Shown here: positions 1 to 9,909 of the stretch, in pieces
Numbering within the stretch: the stretch's first letter is position 1
Layout of the letters: every line of letters starts with the position of its first letter
NCBI GenBank assembly: GCA_027023425.1
Contig: JALVVL010000004.1
Span: forward strand, 214-64,213
Length of the DNA stretch: 64,000 nucleotides
From: Anaerolineales bacterium
Lineage (GTDB): Bacteria; Chloroflexota; Anaerolineae; Anaerolineales; DRMV01
Direction: 5' to 3'
Notes under the pieces: model-generated
Database searches by the model: none
The model's input: only the letters and a program-made list of their open reading frames with translations
Told to the model about the DNA's origin: nothing
Made by a program: the position numbers and the translations under genes

Positions 1-248
1 CAACCGTGCTCGGCACTTATCACATTTACGTCAAATATGTTTCAACTTTGATGGTAGGCCCCGGTTATTACCTGCCAAATGTGCCTTACACGATGTATTT
101 TTACCGCGGTTACGGCATTCACGGCACGTATTGGCACCACAATTTTGGTACGCCCATGAGCCACGGCTGTATCAACATGGAAACCAATGACGCGCGCTGG
201 CTGTTTTACTGGGCACCTCTGGGAACCGTGGTGAACATTCACTATTGA
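1..248 (+). CDS. L,D-transpeptidase (YkuD) family protein, 3' part (truncated by window start)
   Basis: HGTYWHHNFGTPMSHGCIN, the HxxxSHGC catalytic motif. Confidence 0.9.
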   Translation, partial: TVLGTYHIYVKYVSTLMVGPGYYLPNVPYTMYFYRGYGIHGTYWHHNFGTPMSHGCINMETNDARWLFYWAPLGTVVNIHY

Positions 249-278
249 GCGACGAGTCCTCCTGCTACCGCAAGTGCC

Positions 279-1316
279 ATGTCCGATTTCACCGATGCTT
301 TGCCCTCACGCTTGACGCGCCGCGATGTGTTGAAACTCGCGGGCGTTGGTTTGCTGGGGCTTGTGCTGAGCGCGTTTGGGCGCGCTGATGCCGAATTTCC
401 GGCCGACCAGCGCGGCCGGGTGGCCTATGAACGAATTGGCCTTTATGCCAAGCCTTCGTTTGGCTCGCGCCGCCTGAAAACCCTTTGGCGGGATGAAGTT
501 TTTCCGATTGCGGCGGCAGTGATCGGCGATGAAAAGCCTGCCTACAACCGCGTGTGGTATTTCATCCCCCATCGCGGCTATGTGCATTCGGGCGGCGTCC
601 AGCCTGTGCGCGTGCAACTCAACCCTCCGCAGGAAAGCATTCCCGAAAACGGCATCCTTGCCGAAGTTACCGTGCCCTACACCGACGCTTTCCGCCAGCC
701 GCGCCGCCACGGTGCGCCCGAATACCGCCTCTACTACGCTACCACCCACTGGGTTGTTGCCGCTACCAAAGACCCCTACGGCGAGGTTTGGTATCGGATG
801 CAGGACGATAAGTGGGATGGCTATGCTTACTTTGCCCCGGCGCGCCACATCCGCCTTTTGACCCCGCGCGACGTCGCTCCCATTTCCCCAGATGTGCCTT
901 TCACCGAAAAGTTGCTCCGTGTGGATTTGACCCACCAGATAGTGACCGCTTACGAAGGCAAGCAAGCGGTTTTTGCCGCCAAAGCCGCAACAGGCATGGG
1001 CTATTTCAGCACTCCTGTTGGCGTTTTTAGCACCTTCCACAAGCGCCCTTACCGCCACATGGCGGCTGGAAACCCCGCTGCGCCCGAATATGATCTCCCC
1101 GGTGTGCCGTGGGTCTGCTACATAACCGAGAGCGGCATTTCCTTTCACGGCACTTATTGGCACAACGATTTCGGCAAACCGCGCTCGCACGGCTGTATCA
1201 ACCTCAGCCCCACCGCGGCGCACTGGGTTTACCGCTGGAGCACCCCCTTCGTGCCTTTTAATAAACAGTGGTATTATAAAAAACACTTAGCGACGCGCGT
1301 GGAGGTGCATCAATGA
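279..1316 (+). CDS. Tat-exported L,D-transpeptidase family protein
   Basis: N-terminal TRRDVLK twin-arginine signal; C-terminal HGTYWHNDFGKPRSHGCIN. Confidence 0.9.
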   Translation: MSDFTDALPSRLTRRDVLKLAGVGLLGLVLSAFGRADAEFPADQRGRVAYERIGLYAKPSFGSRRLKTLWRDEVFPIAAAVIGDEKPAYNRVWYFIPHRGYVHSGGVQPVRVQLNPPQESIPENGILAEVTVPYTDAFRQPRRHGAPEYRLYYATTHWVVAATKDPYGEVWYRMQDDKWDGYAYFAPARHIRLLTPRDVAPISPDVPFTEKLLRVDLTHQIVTAYEGKQAVFAAKAATGMGYFSTPVGVFSTFHKRPYRHMAAGNPAAPEYDLPGVPWVCYITESGISFHGTYWHNDFGKPRSHGCINLSPTAAHWVYRWSTPFVPFNKQWYYKKHLATRVEVHQ

Positions 1317-1738
1317 GGCGCAAGCCTTTGTTTGCCGGTTTGGTGTTTGATGAGGATGGTAAGCCGGTAGAAACCGCCTACATCGGCGATGAGCCGTTTT
1401 ATGTGGTGGACGACGCGGGCTTTAGGCGCCACGTGCCTTCCGAAGAAGTTGACCGCTTCGTGCTCCGTGAATTGTTTGGCTTAATGGAGGGACATGAGGA
1501 CTTGCTCGCCGAGCAGGCGGCGAAAATGCTCGGTCAGGACGACCCTTTCAGCAAGGCCGCTCTTGAAGTGCAGTTGAAAAATTTGGATCAGCACATTGAC
1601 GAGGTGTTGATGGTTGGCATTCCCGAAGAGCATGTTGCGTACTTGGGAATGATGGGTTTCCGCATTCGCATCAACCATCACGGCGAAGTGGTGGAAATAA
1701 ACTGGCCCGGTTCCCCGGAGCCGGACGAAGATTTGTGA
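1313..1738 (+). CDS. hypothetical acidic protein, 141 aa
   Basis: ATGA overlap with upstream gene, GGAGG RBS, protein-like composition. Confidence 0.8.
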   Translation: MRRKPLFAGLVFDEDGKPVETAYIGDEPFYVVDDAGFRRHVPSEEVDRFVLRELFGLMEGHEDLLAEQAAKMLGQDDPFSKAALEVQLKNLDQHIDEVLMVGIPEEHVAYLGMMGFRIRINHHGEVVEINWPGSPEPDEDL

Positions 1739-1774
1739 TCCCCTGCATCCTTTTTTTTTTGTTTGGAGATGAAC

Positions 1775-2929
1775 ATGGCCGAATTACCCCAAACAGCCGA
1801 AATTGTCATCGTTGGCGGCGGGGTGATGGGCGCGAGCATCGCCTATCACCTCGCGGCGCGCGGCCAGAAGGGCGTCGTCTTGCTGGAAAAAGAGTCCTTC
1901 TTCGGCCTTGGCGCAACCGGACGCTGCGCTGGCGGAGTCCGTTACCAGTTCGCTACTGAAATCAACATCCGCCTTTCGCTGGAAAGCCTGCCGATGTTGG
2001 AGCGCTTCCCTGAGGAAATCGGCTACCCCATTGACTACCGCAAAATCGGCTACCTTTTCGTTCTCACCAACGAGCAAGACGTTGCTGCTTTCCGCGATGT
2101 CGTGGCTTTGCAGCACCGCTTGGGTGTGGACACCGAATGGTGGGATGGCGACGCGGTGCGCAAACGTCTGCCCATGATGAACTGGGACGATGCCTTAGCC
2201 GCCACCTTCAACCCCAAGGATGGACTGGTTGACCCTAACGGCGTGGTGATGGGCTACACCCAGCGCGCCCGCCAATTGGGTGCGAAAACCCTCACCGATG
2301 TTGAAGTCACGGGCATCCGAGTGGAAGGCGGCAGGGTGGTGGGCGTAGAGACCAACCGCGGCACCATCGCCGCGCCGGTGGTCGTCAACGCTGCCGGGCC
2401 GTGGGCGGGGCTGGTCGGCAAAATGGCAGGCGTGGACGTGCCCATCCAGCCCATCCGCCGCCAATGGCTCACCACCACCCCGCTGGAACTGCCGCCCGAC
2501 TTCCCTTTTGTGATTGACTTTGCCCAAAGCCTCTACTTCCACCCCGAAGGCGAAGGGTTGCTGACGGGCATGTCCAACCCCAATGAAAAGCCCGGCTTCA
2601 ACCAAAATGTTGACCCCGAATGGGAACTGGTGCACATGGAAGCCGCCATCGCCCGCTTCCCCGCGCTTGAGCGCGCGGGCGTAGTTTCGCGCGTCGCCGG
2701 CCTTTACGAAGTCACCCCCGACGCCCACCCCATCTTCGGCAAAACGCCGGTGGAGGGCTTTTACCTCTGCGCGGGCTTCTCCGGCCACGGCTTCATGCAC
2801 GGGCCCATTGCCGGCAAACTCACTGCCGAAATCATCCTTGACGGCAAAGCCACTACGGTAGACGTTTCTTCGCTGGATCTGGCGCGCTTTGCCGAAGGTC
2901 GGCTCATCAAGGAGTACAATGTGGTGTAG
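1775..2929 (+). CDS. FAD-dependent oxidoreductase (DAO / sarcosine oxidase beta-like)
   Basis: IVIVGGGVMG Rossmann motif, VVNAAGPW, GFSGHGFM; GGAG RBS. Confidence 0.9.
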   Translation: MAELPQTAEIVIVGGGVMGASIAYHLAARGQKGVVLLEKESFFGLGATGRCAGGVRYQFATEINIRLSLESLPMLERFPEEIGYPIDYRKIGYLFVLTNEQDVAAFRDVVALQHRLGVDTEWWDGDAVRKRLPMMNWDDALAATFNPKDGLVDPNGVVMGYTQRARQLGAKTLTDVEVTGIRVEGGRVVGVETNRGTIAAPVVVNAAGPWAGLVGKMAGVDVPIQPIRRQWLTTTPLELPPDFPFVIDFAQSLYFHPEGEGLLTGMSNPNEKPGFNQNVDPEWELVHMEAAIARFPALERAGVVSRVAGLYEVTPDAHPIFGKTPVEGFYLCAGFSGHGFMHGPIAGKLTAEIILDGKATTVDVSSLDLARFAEGRLIKEYNVV

Positions 2930-2934
2930 TCCCG

Positions 2935-3052
2935 AAACTACAATCCACAGATTACACAGATTTGCGCCGATTAGATTTGGGATAAACCGCAGATTACGCA
3001 GATTCCGCAGAAAAAATCTGTGAGAATCTGTGTAATCTGTGGATTCTTCTCA
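2935..3052. repeat. mosaic CACAGATT-type palindromic repeat
   Basis: ATCCACAGATTACACAGATT ... AATCTGTGTAATCTGTGGAT inverted arms. Confidence 0.85.
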
Positions 3053-3065
3053 CCAAGGAAATGCT

Positions 3066-4238
3066 ATGCCCTCTGCTGAAATCATCACCATCGGCACCGA
3101 ACTGCTGTTGGGCGAAATTGTGGACACCAACAGCCGCTACATTGCCCGCCGCTTGCGCGACGCGGGCATTGACCTTTACCGCACCACCACCGTGGGCGAC
3201 AACGCGGGGCGCATCGCGCAGGCCGTGCGCGAAGCCCTCCGCCGCGCCGACATCGTCATCACCACCGGCGGCCTCGGCCCCACCGTGGACGACCCCACCC
3301 GCAAAGCCATCGCCGACGCGGTGGGCGTGCCGCTGGAATTCCGCCCCGACCTGTGGGAAGACATCCAAAAACGCTTTGCCCAGTATGGGCGCAAGCCCAC
3401 CGAAAACAACCGGCGGCAGGCGTTCATCCCGCAGGGCGCGACGGCCATCCATAACCCCGTGGGCACTGCGCCCGCCTTCATCGTGGAAACCGACGACGGC
3501 GTGGTCATCTCCCTCCCCGGCGTGCCCCGCGAGATGGAATACCTTTTCACCCACGAGGTGCTGCCCTACCTGCAGCGGCGCTTCAACCTGCACGGCGTGA
3601 TTCTGGCGCGCGTGCTCCACACCGCCGGAATGCCCGAATCGGCAATTGACGAGCAGATTGCTGACCTGGAGCGCCTCAGCAACCCCACCGTGGGCTTGCT
3701 CGCGCACCCCGGCCAGGTGGACATCCGTATCACGGCCAAAGCCGAAAACGAAGAGGCCGCCGCAGCCATGATTGCCGAGGTGGAAGCCGAAATCCGACGC
3801 CGCTTGGGCACGCGCATTTACGGCGCGGACGGCGAAACGCTGGAAGGCGTGGTTTCGGCCATGATGGAAGCGCGCGGCATCACATTCACCGCTTTAGAAG
3901 CCGGCCTTGAAGGGCGTTTGCTCCAGCGGTTGGGGCGCGTGGCGGGCTTCTTGGGCGGCAAGATGGAAGCCAAGCCCATCCCGGCCGAGGAACTGCTTGA
4001 GCGCACGCGCACCTGCTGCGACAACCGCCAAGCGGACTGGGCGTTAGGCGTCAGCCTTTTCGCCGCCGAAGGTGCAAATCGGTGCTACGTGGTGCTCATC
4101 CGCCCCGAAGAGGAGGAAGTGCGCGAGTTTCACTACGGCGGCCCGCCGCAAATGGCGCCCGACTGGGCGACCAACATGGCGCTCACCCTCCTCCGCCGTC
4201 GCTTGCTAACGCAGGCATCCACAGAGTTCACCGAATAA
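3066..4238 (+). CDS. cinA: CinA-like protein (molybdopterin-binding/MocF domain; C-terminal PncC domain degenerate)
   Basis: AEIITIGTELLLGEIVDTN, TTGGLGPTVDD, LPGVPREM; FTALEAGLEG where AESCTGG is expected. Confidence 0.88.
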   Translation: MPSAEIITIGTELLLGEIVDTNSRYIARRLRDAGIDLYRTTTVGDNAGRIAQAVREALRRADIVITTGGLGPTVDDPTRKAIADAVGVPLEFRPDLWEDIQKRFAQYGRKPTENNRRQAFIPQGATAIHNPVGTAPAFIVETDDGVVISLPGVPREMEYLFTHEVLPYLQRRFNLHGVILARVLHTAGMPESAIDEQIADLERLSNPTVGLLAHPGQVDIRITAKAENEEAAAAMIAEVEAEIRRRLGTRIYGADGETLEGVVSAMMEARGITFTALEAGLEGRLLQRLGRVAGFLGGKMEAKPIPAEELLERTRTCCDNRQADWALGVSLFAAEGANRCYVVLIRPEEEEVREFHYGGPPQMAPDWATNMALTLLRRRLLTQASTEFTE

Positions 4239-4300
4239 AACCACAGATTACGCAGATTTCACAGATTTTTTCTGCGCAATCTGTGAAATCTGTAGTTTTT
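4218..4300. repeat. CACAGATT-type palindromic repeat
   Basis: AAAACCACAGATTACGCAGATTTCACAGATT ... AATCTGTGAAATCTGTAGTTTT. Confidence 0.8.
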
Positions 4301-4315
4301 GAATAGGAGTTCCCC

Positions 4316-5191
4316 ATGACCGCGAAAATCATCGTTGGCAAAGCCATCGCCGAGCGCCTGCGGGCGCAAATCGCCGCGGAGGTGCAACAACGCGTAGACG
4401 CTGGCTTGCCCCGCCCCGGCCTCGCCACCGTGCTGGTTGGCGACAACCCGGCCTCGCAAATCTACGTCCGCATGAAGCACAAAGCCTGCGAGCAGGTGGG
4501 CATTCAGTCCTTCAGCCGCACCCTCCCCGCCGATGCCTCGCAGGCCGAAGTGGAAGCGGTGGTGGACGAACTGAACGCCGACCCGCGCGTCCACGGCATC
4601 TTGGTGCAACTTCCCCTGCCCCCCGGGCTGGACGAGGAGCGGGTGTTGGGGCGCATCCGCTTGGAAAAGGACGTGGACGGCTTCCACCCCCTCAACATTG
4701 GCCGCCTCGCGCAAAAAGGGCGCGAGCCGCTTTTCGTGCCCTGCACGCCCGCGGGCATCATGGTGCTGCTGGAAGAAGCAGGCGCGAATCTGGAAGGCGC
4801 GCGCGCGGTGGTGCTGGGGCGCTCCAACATCGTGGGGATGCCGGTGGCGCTGCTCCTGCTGCGCCGCAACGCCACGGTGACGGTGTGCCATTCCCGCACG
4901 CGCGATCTGCCTGCGGTGACGCGCGAGGCCGATGTGCTCATCGCAGCGGTGGGCCGCGCCGAAATGGTGCGCGGCGACTGGGTAAAGCCCGGCGCGGTGG
5001 TGATTGACGTCGGCGTCAACCGAGTAGAAGACCCCACCGCCAAAAAGGGCTACCGCTTGGTGGGCGACGTGGCGTTTGACGAGGTGAAAGAAGTTGCCTC
5101 AGCGATTACCCCCGTTCCCGGCGGTGTGGGGCCGATGACCATTGCCATGTTGCTCAAAAACACCCTGCGCGCGGCAAAACTTGCCGATTGA
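4316..5191 (+). CDS. folD: methylenetetrahydrofolate dehydrogenase/cyclohydrolase
   Basis: GILVQLPLP, EKDVDGFH, PCTP, GRSNIVG, TPVPGGVGPMT. Confidence 0.97.
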   Translation: MTAKIIVGKAIAERLRAQIAAEVQQRVDAGLPRPGLATVLVGDNPASQIYVRMKHKACEQVGIQSFSRTLPADASQAEVEAVVDELNADPRVHGILVQLPLPPGLDEERVLGRIRLEKDVDGFHPLNIGRLAQKGREPLFVPCTPAGIMVLLEEAGANLEGARAVVLGRSNIVGMPVALLLLRRNATVTVCHSRTRDLPAVTREADVLIAAVGRAEMVRGDWVKPGAVVIDVGVNRVEDPTAKKGYRLVGDVAFDEVKEVASAITPVPGGVGPMTIAMLLKNTLRAAKLAD

Positions 5192-5227
5192 ATCTACGCT
5201 TCCAAGCGCCAATTGCGGACTGCGTTT

Positions 5228-5962
5228 ATGCCGATTGCCAACCTTTTCCCCACTTGCCTTGCCGACACCTTCCGCAAAAGGATTGTGGAAGCCACGGCAG
5301 AGGTTTTACGCCGCGCCGGCGCCGAGGTGCGCTTTCCGAAAGGGCTGACCTGCTGTGGTCAGCCCGCCTTCAACGCCGGTATGCGCCGCGAAGCCCGTCG
5401 CATGGCAGAGCACACCATCCGCACTTTGGAGCGCTACGAGGGGGCGGTGGTTTTGCCCGCGGGCTCCTGCGCGGCGATGATACGCAACAACTATGCCGAA
5501 CTTTTTGCCGACGATGCCGAATGGCGGCGGCGCGCCGATGCCCTTGCCGCTCGCACCTACGAGTTTTCCGAATATCTGGTTGATGTGCTTGGCGTTACCG
5601 ACCTCGGCGTTCATTTTCCCTACCGCATTACTTACCATCCATCTTGCCACATGCTCCGCGCGCTCGGGGTTGACCGCCAGCCGCGCGCTTTGCTCTATGC
5701 CCTGCACGGCGCGGTTTTTGTAGAATTGCCCGACGCGGATGAGTGCTGTGGCTTTGGAGGCGTCTTCACCGCCGAACAACCCGAAATTTCCCGATCAATG
5801 CTTGAGCGAAAGGTTGCCAACATTGCCAAAACCGGCGCTGATGTGTGTGTCACCGCCGACCCGAGTTGCCTTTTGCACATTCAAGGCGGTCTCAACCGCG
5901 CCGGCGTGCGTACCCGCATGATGCACATTGCTGAAGTTTTGGCCTTTCACCCTACCACTTGA
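5228..5962 (+). CDS. lutA: Fe-S (CCG domain) lactate utilisation protein A
   Basis: Two CCG motifs (TCCGQP, ECCGFGG); FPTCLAD start; next to lutB. Confidence 0.88.
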   Translation: MPIANLFPTCLADTFRKRIVEATAEVLRRAGAEVRFPKGLTCCGQPAFNAGMRREARRMAEHTIRTLERYEGAVVLPAGSCAAMIRNNYAELFADDAEWRRRADALAARTYEFSEYLVDVLGVTDLGVHFPYRITYHPSCHMLRALGVDRQPRALLYALHGAVFVELPDADECCGFGGVFTAEQPEISRSMLERKVANIAKTGADVCVTADPSCLLHIQGGLNRAGVRTRMMHIAEVLAFHPTT

Positions 5963-5995
5963 CACTGGAGCACCTGACACCGGAGCACTCTCCTC

Positions 5996-7993
5996 ATGCC
6001 CATTCGCCCTAAGGACGCCATCAAATCGGCACTGAGCGACCCCGCCCTGCGCGAGGCGCTGACGGCAAACGCCGCGCGGCGGAAGGCGGCGCGGGCGCGG
6101 GCGTATTCCACCTTGCCCGAGCCGTGGGAGGTGATGCGCGAGCGCGCCGCTGAGGTGCGCGCCGCCGTGCTTGCGAATTGGGATGAGGTTTTCCAACGTT
6201 TTGTGGAAAATGCCCGCCGCAACGGCTACCACATCCACTTGGTTACCACTGCGAAGGAAGCGCGACAGGAGGCGCTTCGCATAGTCTCCGTAGAGGCGCG
6301 GCGCTTGGGCAAGGAATCGCTCCTGATTGCCAAATCCAAGTCCATGGTTTCGGAAGAAATCGGGCTAAACAAGGCGCTTGAAGCGGCGGGGCACAGGGTT
6401 GTAGAAACCGACTTGGGCGAATACATCATCCAACTGCGCGGCGAGCGCCCGGCGCACATCATCACGCCCGCGGTTCACCTGCGGCGGCAGGATGTTGGGC
6501 GCACATTTCACGAAAAACTCGGCGTGCCTTACACCGAAGACGTGGCCGAAATGACCGCCACGGCGCGGCGGGTTTTGCGCGATGTTTTCCTCCGCGCCGA
6601 TGTGGGGGTGAGCGGGGCGAATTTCGGCATTGCCGAGACCGGCGGCATTTGCATTGTGACCAACGAGGGCAACGGTCGCATGGTTACCACCCTGCCGCGG
6701 GTGCATATTGCGCTGATGGGCGCGGAGCGGCTTGTGCGCGACATGCACGATTTGGCGCTGATGTTGGAACTGCTCCCCCGCTCGGCGACGGGACAGCAGT
6801 TGACGGTGTACGTTTCGCTGTTGAACGGGCCGCGGCGCGCCGGCGAAGACGCCCCCGAAGAGCGGCACCTGATAATTGTGGATGACGGGCGTCGTCGCAT
6901 GGCTTCCACGCCGCTGGTGGACGGCTTGCGGTGCATTCGTTGCGGCGCTTGCCTGAATGCCTGTCCTGTTTTCCGGGAAATCGGCGGGCACGCTTACCTT
7001 GGCGTTCATGGCACGCCCACGCCTTACCCGGGCCCGATTGGGCTTGTGGTCAGCCCGGCGCTGTTCGGCGCGGATGAATTTGGGAGCATGGCGCAGTTGT
7101 GCACGCTTTGCGGAGCGTGCGCCGAGGCCTGCCCGGTAGAAGTGCCCCTGCCCGAACTGATTTTGCGCGTGCGCGCGGGCTACGCCCCGCCTAGCCCGCC
7201 GCGCCCCGGTGAGCCGCTGCCGCCGCCGCGCTCCAAGCCTGCCCCGGGAGTGCCGTGGCATTTGCGGTTTTTCCTGAGCGTTTACAGCCGTGTTGCCTCC
7301 GTGCCTGCGCTTTACAAAATTGCTCAGCGGCTTGCCGCCCCGGTGATGCGCGCCGCGGCTCCGTTGACTCCTGTGCCGTTCCTGTGGGGCGCGCGCTCCA
7401 AGCCCGTGCCGCCGGAGCCAGTCCCCACGCCTCAAGCGCCGCCCGAGCCGCAAAAGCCCGCCGCGCAGGAGCAAAAGCGTTCGCGCGGGCTTGTGGAGGG
7501 CTTTGCCGCCGCGTTGCAAGCCTTGGGCGGTGAAGTGCGCCGATGCTCGGCGGCGGAATTGCCCGAATGCGTGCTTGCGGAGTTGCGCAACCGCGGCGCA
7601 ACCGCCGTGTGCGCATGGGCGGATGATGAACTGCCCGCCGGCCTTGCCAAGGCTTTGCGAGCGGCTGGTGTGCGCTTTACCCAAAATTGCGCCGAAGCCG
7701 CCGTGGGGATAACCGGCGCGCTCGCGGGCATTGCCGCCAGCGGCACAGTTGTGGTGACTGCCGCGGCAGGCAAGCCCCTCAGGGTGTCTTTGCTCCCCAA
7801 GGCGCATTTTGCCGTGTTGCCCGAAAGCAAACTCGTTGCGGATTTGGAAAGCGCCTTGGCGCTGCCGGAGTTGAAGCAGACGAGCACCGCGGTGCTGATA
7901 AGTGGCCCTTCGCGCACCGCGGATATTGAAATGACGTTGACCATCGGCGTCCATGGGCCGGAGGAGGTGGTTGTTTTTCTCGTAAGCGGCTAA
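5996..7993 (+). CDS. lutB: LutB-LutC fusion (LUD domains plus 4Fe-4S)
   Basis: KSKSMVSEEI, ETDLGEYI, CIRCGAC and CTLCGAC ferredoxin motifs; C-terminal LutC motif ISGPSRTADIE..GVHGP. Confidence 0.9.
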   Translation: MPIRPKDAIKSALSDPALREALTANAARRKAARARAYSTLPEPWEVMRERAAEVRAAVLANWDEVFQRFVENARRNGYHIHLVTTAKEARQEALRIVSVEARRLGKESLLIAKSKSMVSEEIGLNKALEAAGHRVVETDLGEYIIQLRGERPAHIITPAVHLRRQDVGRTFHEKLGVPYTEDVAEMTATARRVLRDVFLRADVGVSGANFGIAETGGICIVTNEGNGRMVTTLPRVHIALMGAERLVRDMHDLALMLELLPRSATGQQLTVYVSLLNGPRRAGEDAPEERHLIIVDDGRRRMASTPLVDGLRCIRCGACLNACPVFREIGGHAYLGVHGTPTPYPGPIGLVVSPALFGADEFGSMAQLCTLCGACAEACPVEVPLPELILRVRAGYAPPSPPRPGEPLPPPRSKPAPGVPWHLRFFLSVYSRVASVPALYKIAQRLAAPVMRAAAPLTPVPFLWGARSKPVPPEPVPTPQAPPEPQKPAAQEQKRSRGLVEGFAAALQALGGEVRRCSAAELPECVLAELRNRGATAVCAWADDELPAGLAKALRAAGVRFTQNCAEAAVGITGALAGIAASGTVVVTAAAGKPLRVSLLPKAHFAVLPESKLVADLESALALPELKQTSTAVLISGPSRTADIEMTLTIGVHGPEEVVVFLVSG

Positions 7994-8097
7994 CCGCTCC
8001 GCCAGCGCCCCGTTCTGCCGAGTTTTGCGTTTACCGAGCGGCAGGCGAAGCGGATTTTTGTTATACTTTTTCAGTAACCATTCGGCCGCAAGAAATA

Positions 8098-8453
8098 GGT
8101 CAACGCAGAGACGCAGAGGTTAACGCCAAGGGCGCCAAGATTAACGCAGAGACGCGGAGGAAGCAGAGGCGCAGAGGACACCAAGGTTAACGCAAAGGCG
8201 CAGAGGAAACAGAGACGCAGAGAGCGCAGAGACGCCAAGGACGCCAAGGAAAAATTTCTGTGTTCTCTGTAAATTTCTGTGTCCTCTGTGGTTTTCTTAC
8301 TCAATCGGTGAAAATCTGTGTCAATCTGTGGATAAGAACCACAGATTAACACAGATTACGACCCTACGACCTGACGACCTAACGACTCAACGACCCTACG
8401 ACCTAACGACTCAACGACCTAACTCCCCAATCCCTCACTCCCTCAATTTCCTC
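8098..8453. repeat. mosaic micro-repeat array
   Basis: CGCAGAG, GCCAAG, CACAGATT, CGACCTAA and CCCCAAT modules in series. Confidence 0.9.
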
Positions 8454-8463
8454 AAGGTCGGCA

Positions 8464-9909
8464 ATGTTCACAAAAATCAAGCGTTTCCTTTCTCACCCGC
8501 ACAACAAGCCGGCGGTAACGTTATCCCTCGGTTTTGCAATTTATTTGTACCTTGCGCTTAGGTACGCTGGCTTTGTTGGACACTCCCCAGACCCGAGGCT
8601 TGCTCATGCTCCTCTTTGGGTGCGCCTGAGTTTTGTGGGGCTGGGGGCCATCGTATTGGCGCTGTTGTGGGGGTTTTTCTTTGCCCAGTTCGTTTTTCCA
8701 TCTGAGTATCTTTGGGAACGCGGAAAAATTTTTGAGTTGATAATATCGCATGTGTTGTTTGGCTATGGTCGGGCGCTTTCAATGCGAAATGGCAGGCTTA
8801 TTAGTCGGAAAGGGGAACTGCGCAAATTTGCCCCCGGCGTCATGGCGCTGGATACGGCAAGCGCCGCCGTTTTGCGCACAGCGACGAATTTTACCCGCGC
8901 TGTTGGCCCCACCAAGGCTTTTTTAGGCCTTGCAGAGTTTGTAGATACTGCTTTTGATCTAAGGTTGCATAGCCGCACCCTTGGCCCTTATGAGGGCGAA
9001 GATCCGTTTCTACCGCAAGCCGAGGGCGAAAGCGATGAGCAGTATGAAGAGCGCCAAAACCGCCGTTGGAGCACAAGTGCGAAGACGCGCGATGGCGTAG
9101 AGGTTGTGGCGCGCATCACCGTCATTTTCCATCTTGATGATCACCCAGACGGCATTTCCGAAGCGGATGAAAAAGGCCGTTTCCGCACTGAATTGCACGG
9201 GCACGCTGTTTCGGCTTGGCGGGCGGCCATTAGCAGGCCAATTGATATGGAAGGAGCGGAGGCCGGAGAGCAAGGTCGGCTTTTGAACTGGGGCTGGATT
9301 CCGCCCTACATTGCAGTTGACATTTGGCGGGAAAGCCTTCAGCGCTTTTCTTTGGAGGAACTTTTCCGCCTGAAGCCGCGCGATGGCATGGAAGAGGAAG
9401 CGACCGCGCTTGAGGTAATTAGCAAGGCTATCAATGAGCGCTTGACCAAACCGAAATACCACCCGCTTGCGGCCGAGGACGGCTTTTTGCCAGAGGAACT
9501 GGAAAGCCGCGAATACCGCATTTTGCAAGAGCACGGCATAAGGGTAAAAAAGGTGGTGCTGGCAGACGTATTCTTTCCGCCGGCGGTTGAGAGGGAATTG
9601 GTGGAGCGTTGGGCGGCAGATTGGCTGACGCGCGCCCGCAACGAGCGCGAAACCGTGGAGAAGCAGCGCCGGTTGGCCGCCAAAGAGGGCGAAGAGCAAG
9701 CCGTGAGGGATTTGGGCCAGTTGGTGATAAGCCGCGCCTGCGATGGCGTTGACATTTCCTCCATCACCCCGCGCGAATGCGCCGTTAGATTGGTTGAATA
9801 CACTGCTAAACTGCTGCACGACAACCCAGAATTGTTTTCTTTTGACCACGGCGAGGTCGCGGAACTTGAAAGAATTGCTGTCTACCTGAGGGAGGATAAC
9901 GGTGGCTAA
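8464..9909 (+). CDS. membrane protein with probable SPFH/band-7-like domain
   Basis: Two N-terminal TM segments; TRDGVEVVARITVIF and GIRVKKVVLADVFFP; coiled-coil-like tail. Confidence 0.65.
   Translation: MFTKIKRFLSHPHNKPAVTLSLGFAIYLYLALRYAGFVGHSPDPRLAHAPLWVRLSFVGLGAIVLALLWGFFFAQFVFPSEYLWERGKIFELIISHVLFGYGRALSMRNGRLISRKGELRKFAPGVMALDTASAAVLRTATNFTRAVGPTKAFLGLAEFVDTAFDLRLHSRTLGPYEGEDPFLPQAEGESDEQYEERQNRRWSTSAKTRDGVEVVARITVIFHLDDHPDGISEADEKGRFRTELHGHAVSAWRAAISRPIDMEGAEAGEQGRLLNWGWIPPYIAVDIWRESLQRFSLEELFRLKPRDGMEEEATALEVISKAINERLTKPKYHPLAAEDGFLPEELESREYRILQEHGIRVKKVVLADVFFPPAVERELVERWAADWLTRARNERETVEKQRRLAAKEGEEQAVRDLGQLVISRACDGVDISSITPRECAVRLVEYTAKLLHDNPELFSFDHGEVAELERIAVYLREDNGG

Noticed and set aside
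1751-1760. Poly-T tract as a phase-variation site
   Set aside because: It is intergenic, lies upstream of the RBS, and has no promoter spacing to alter; homopolymer length is also error-prone.
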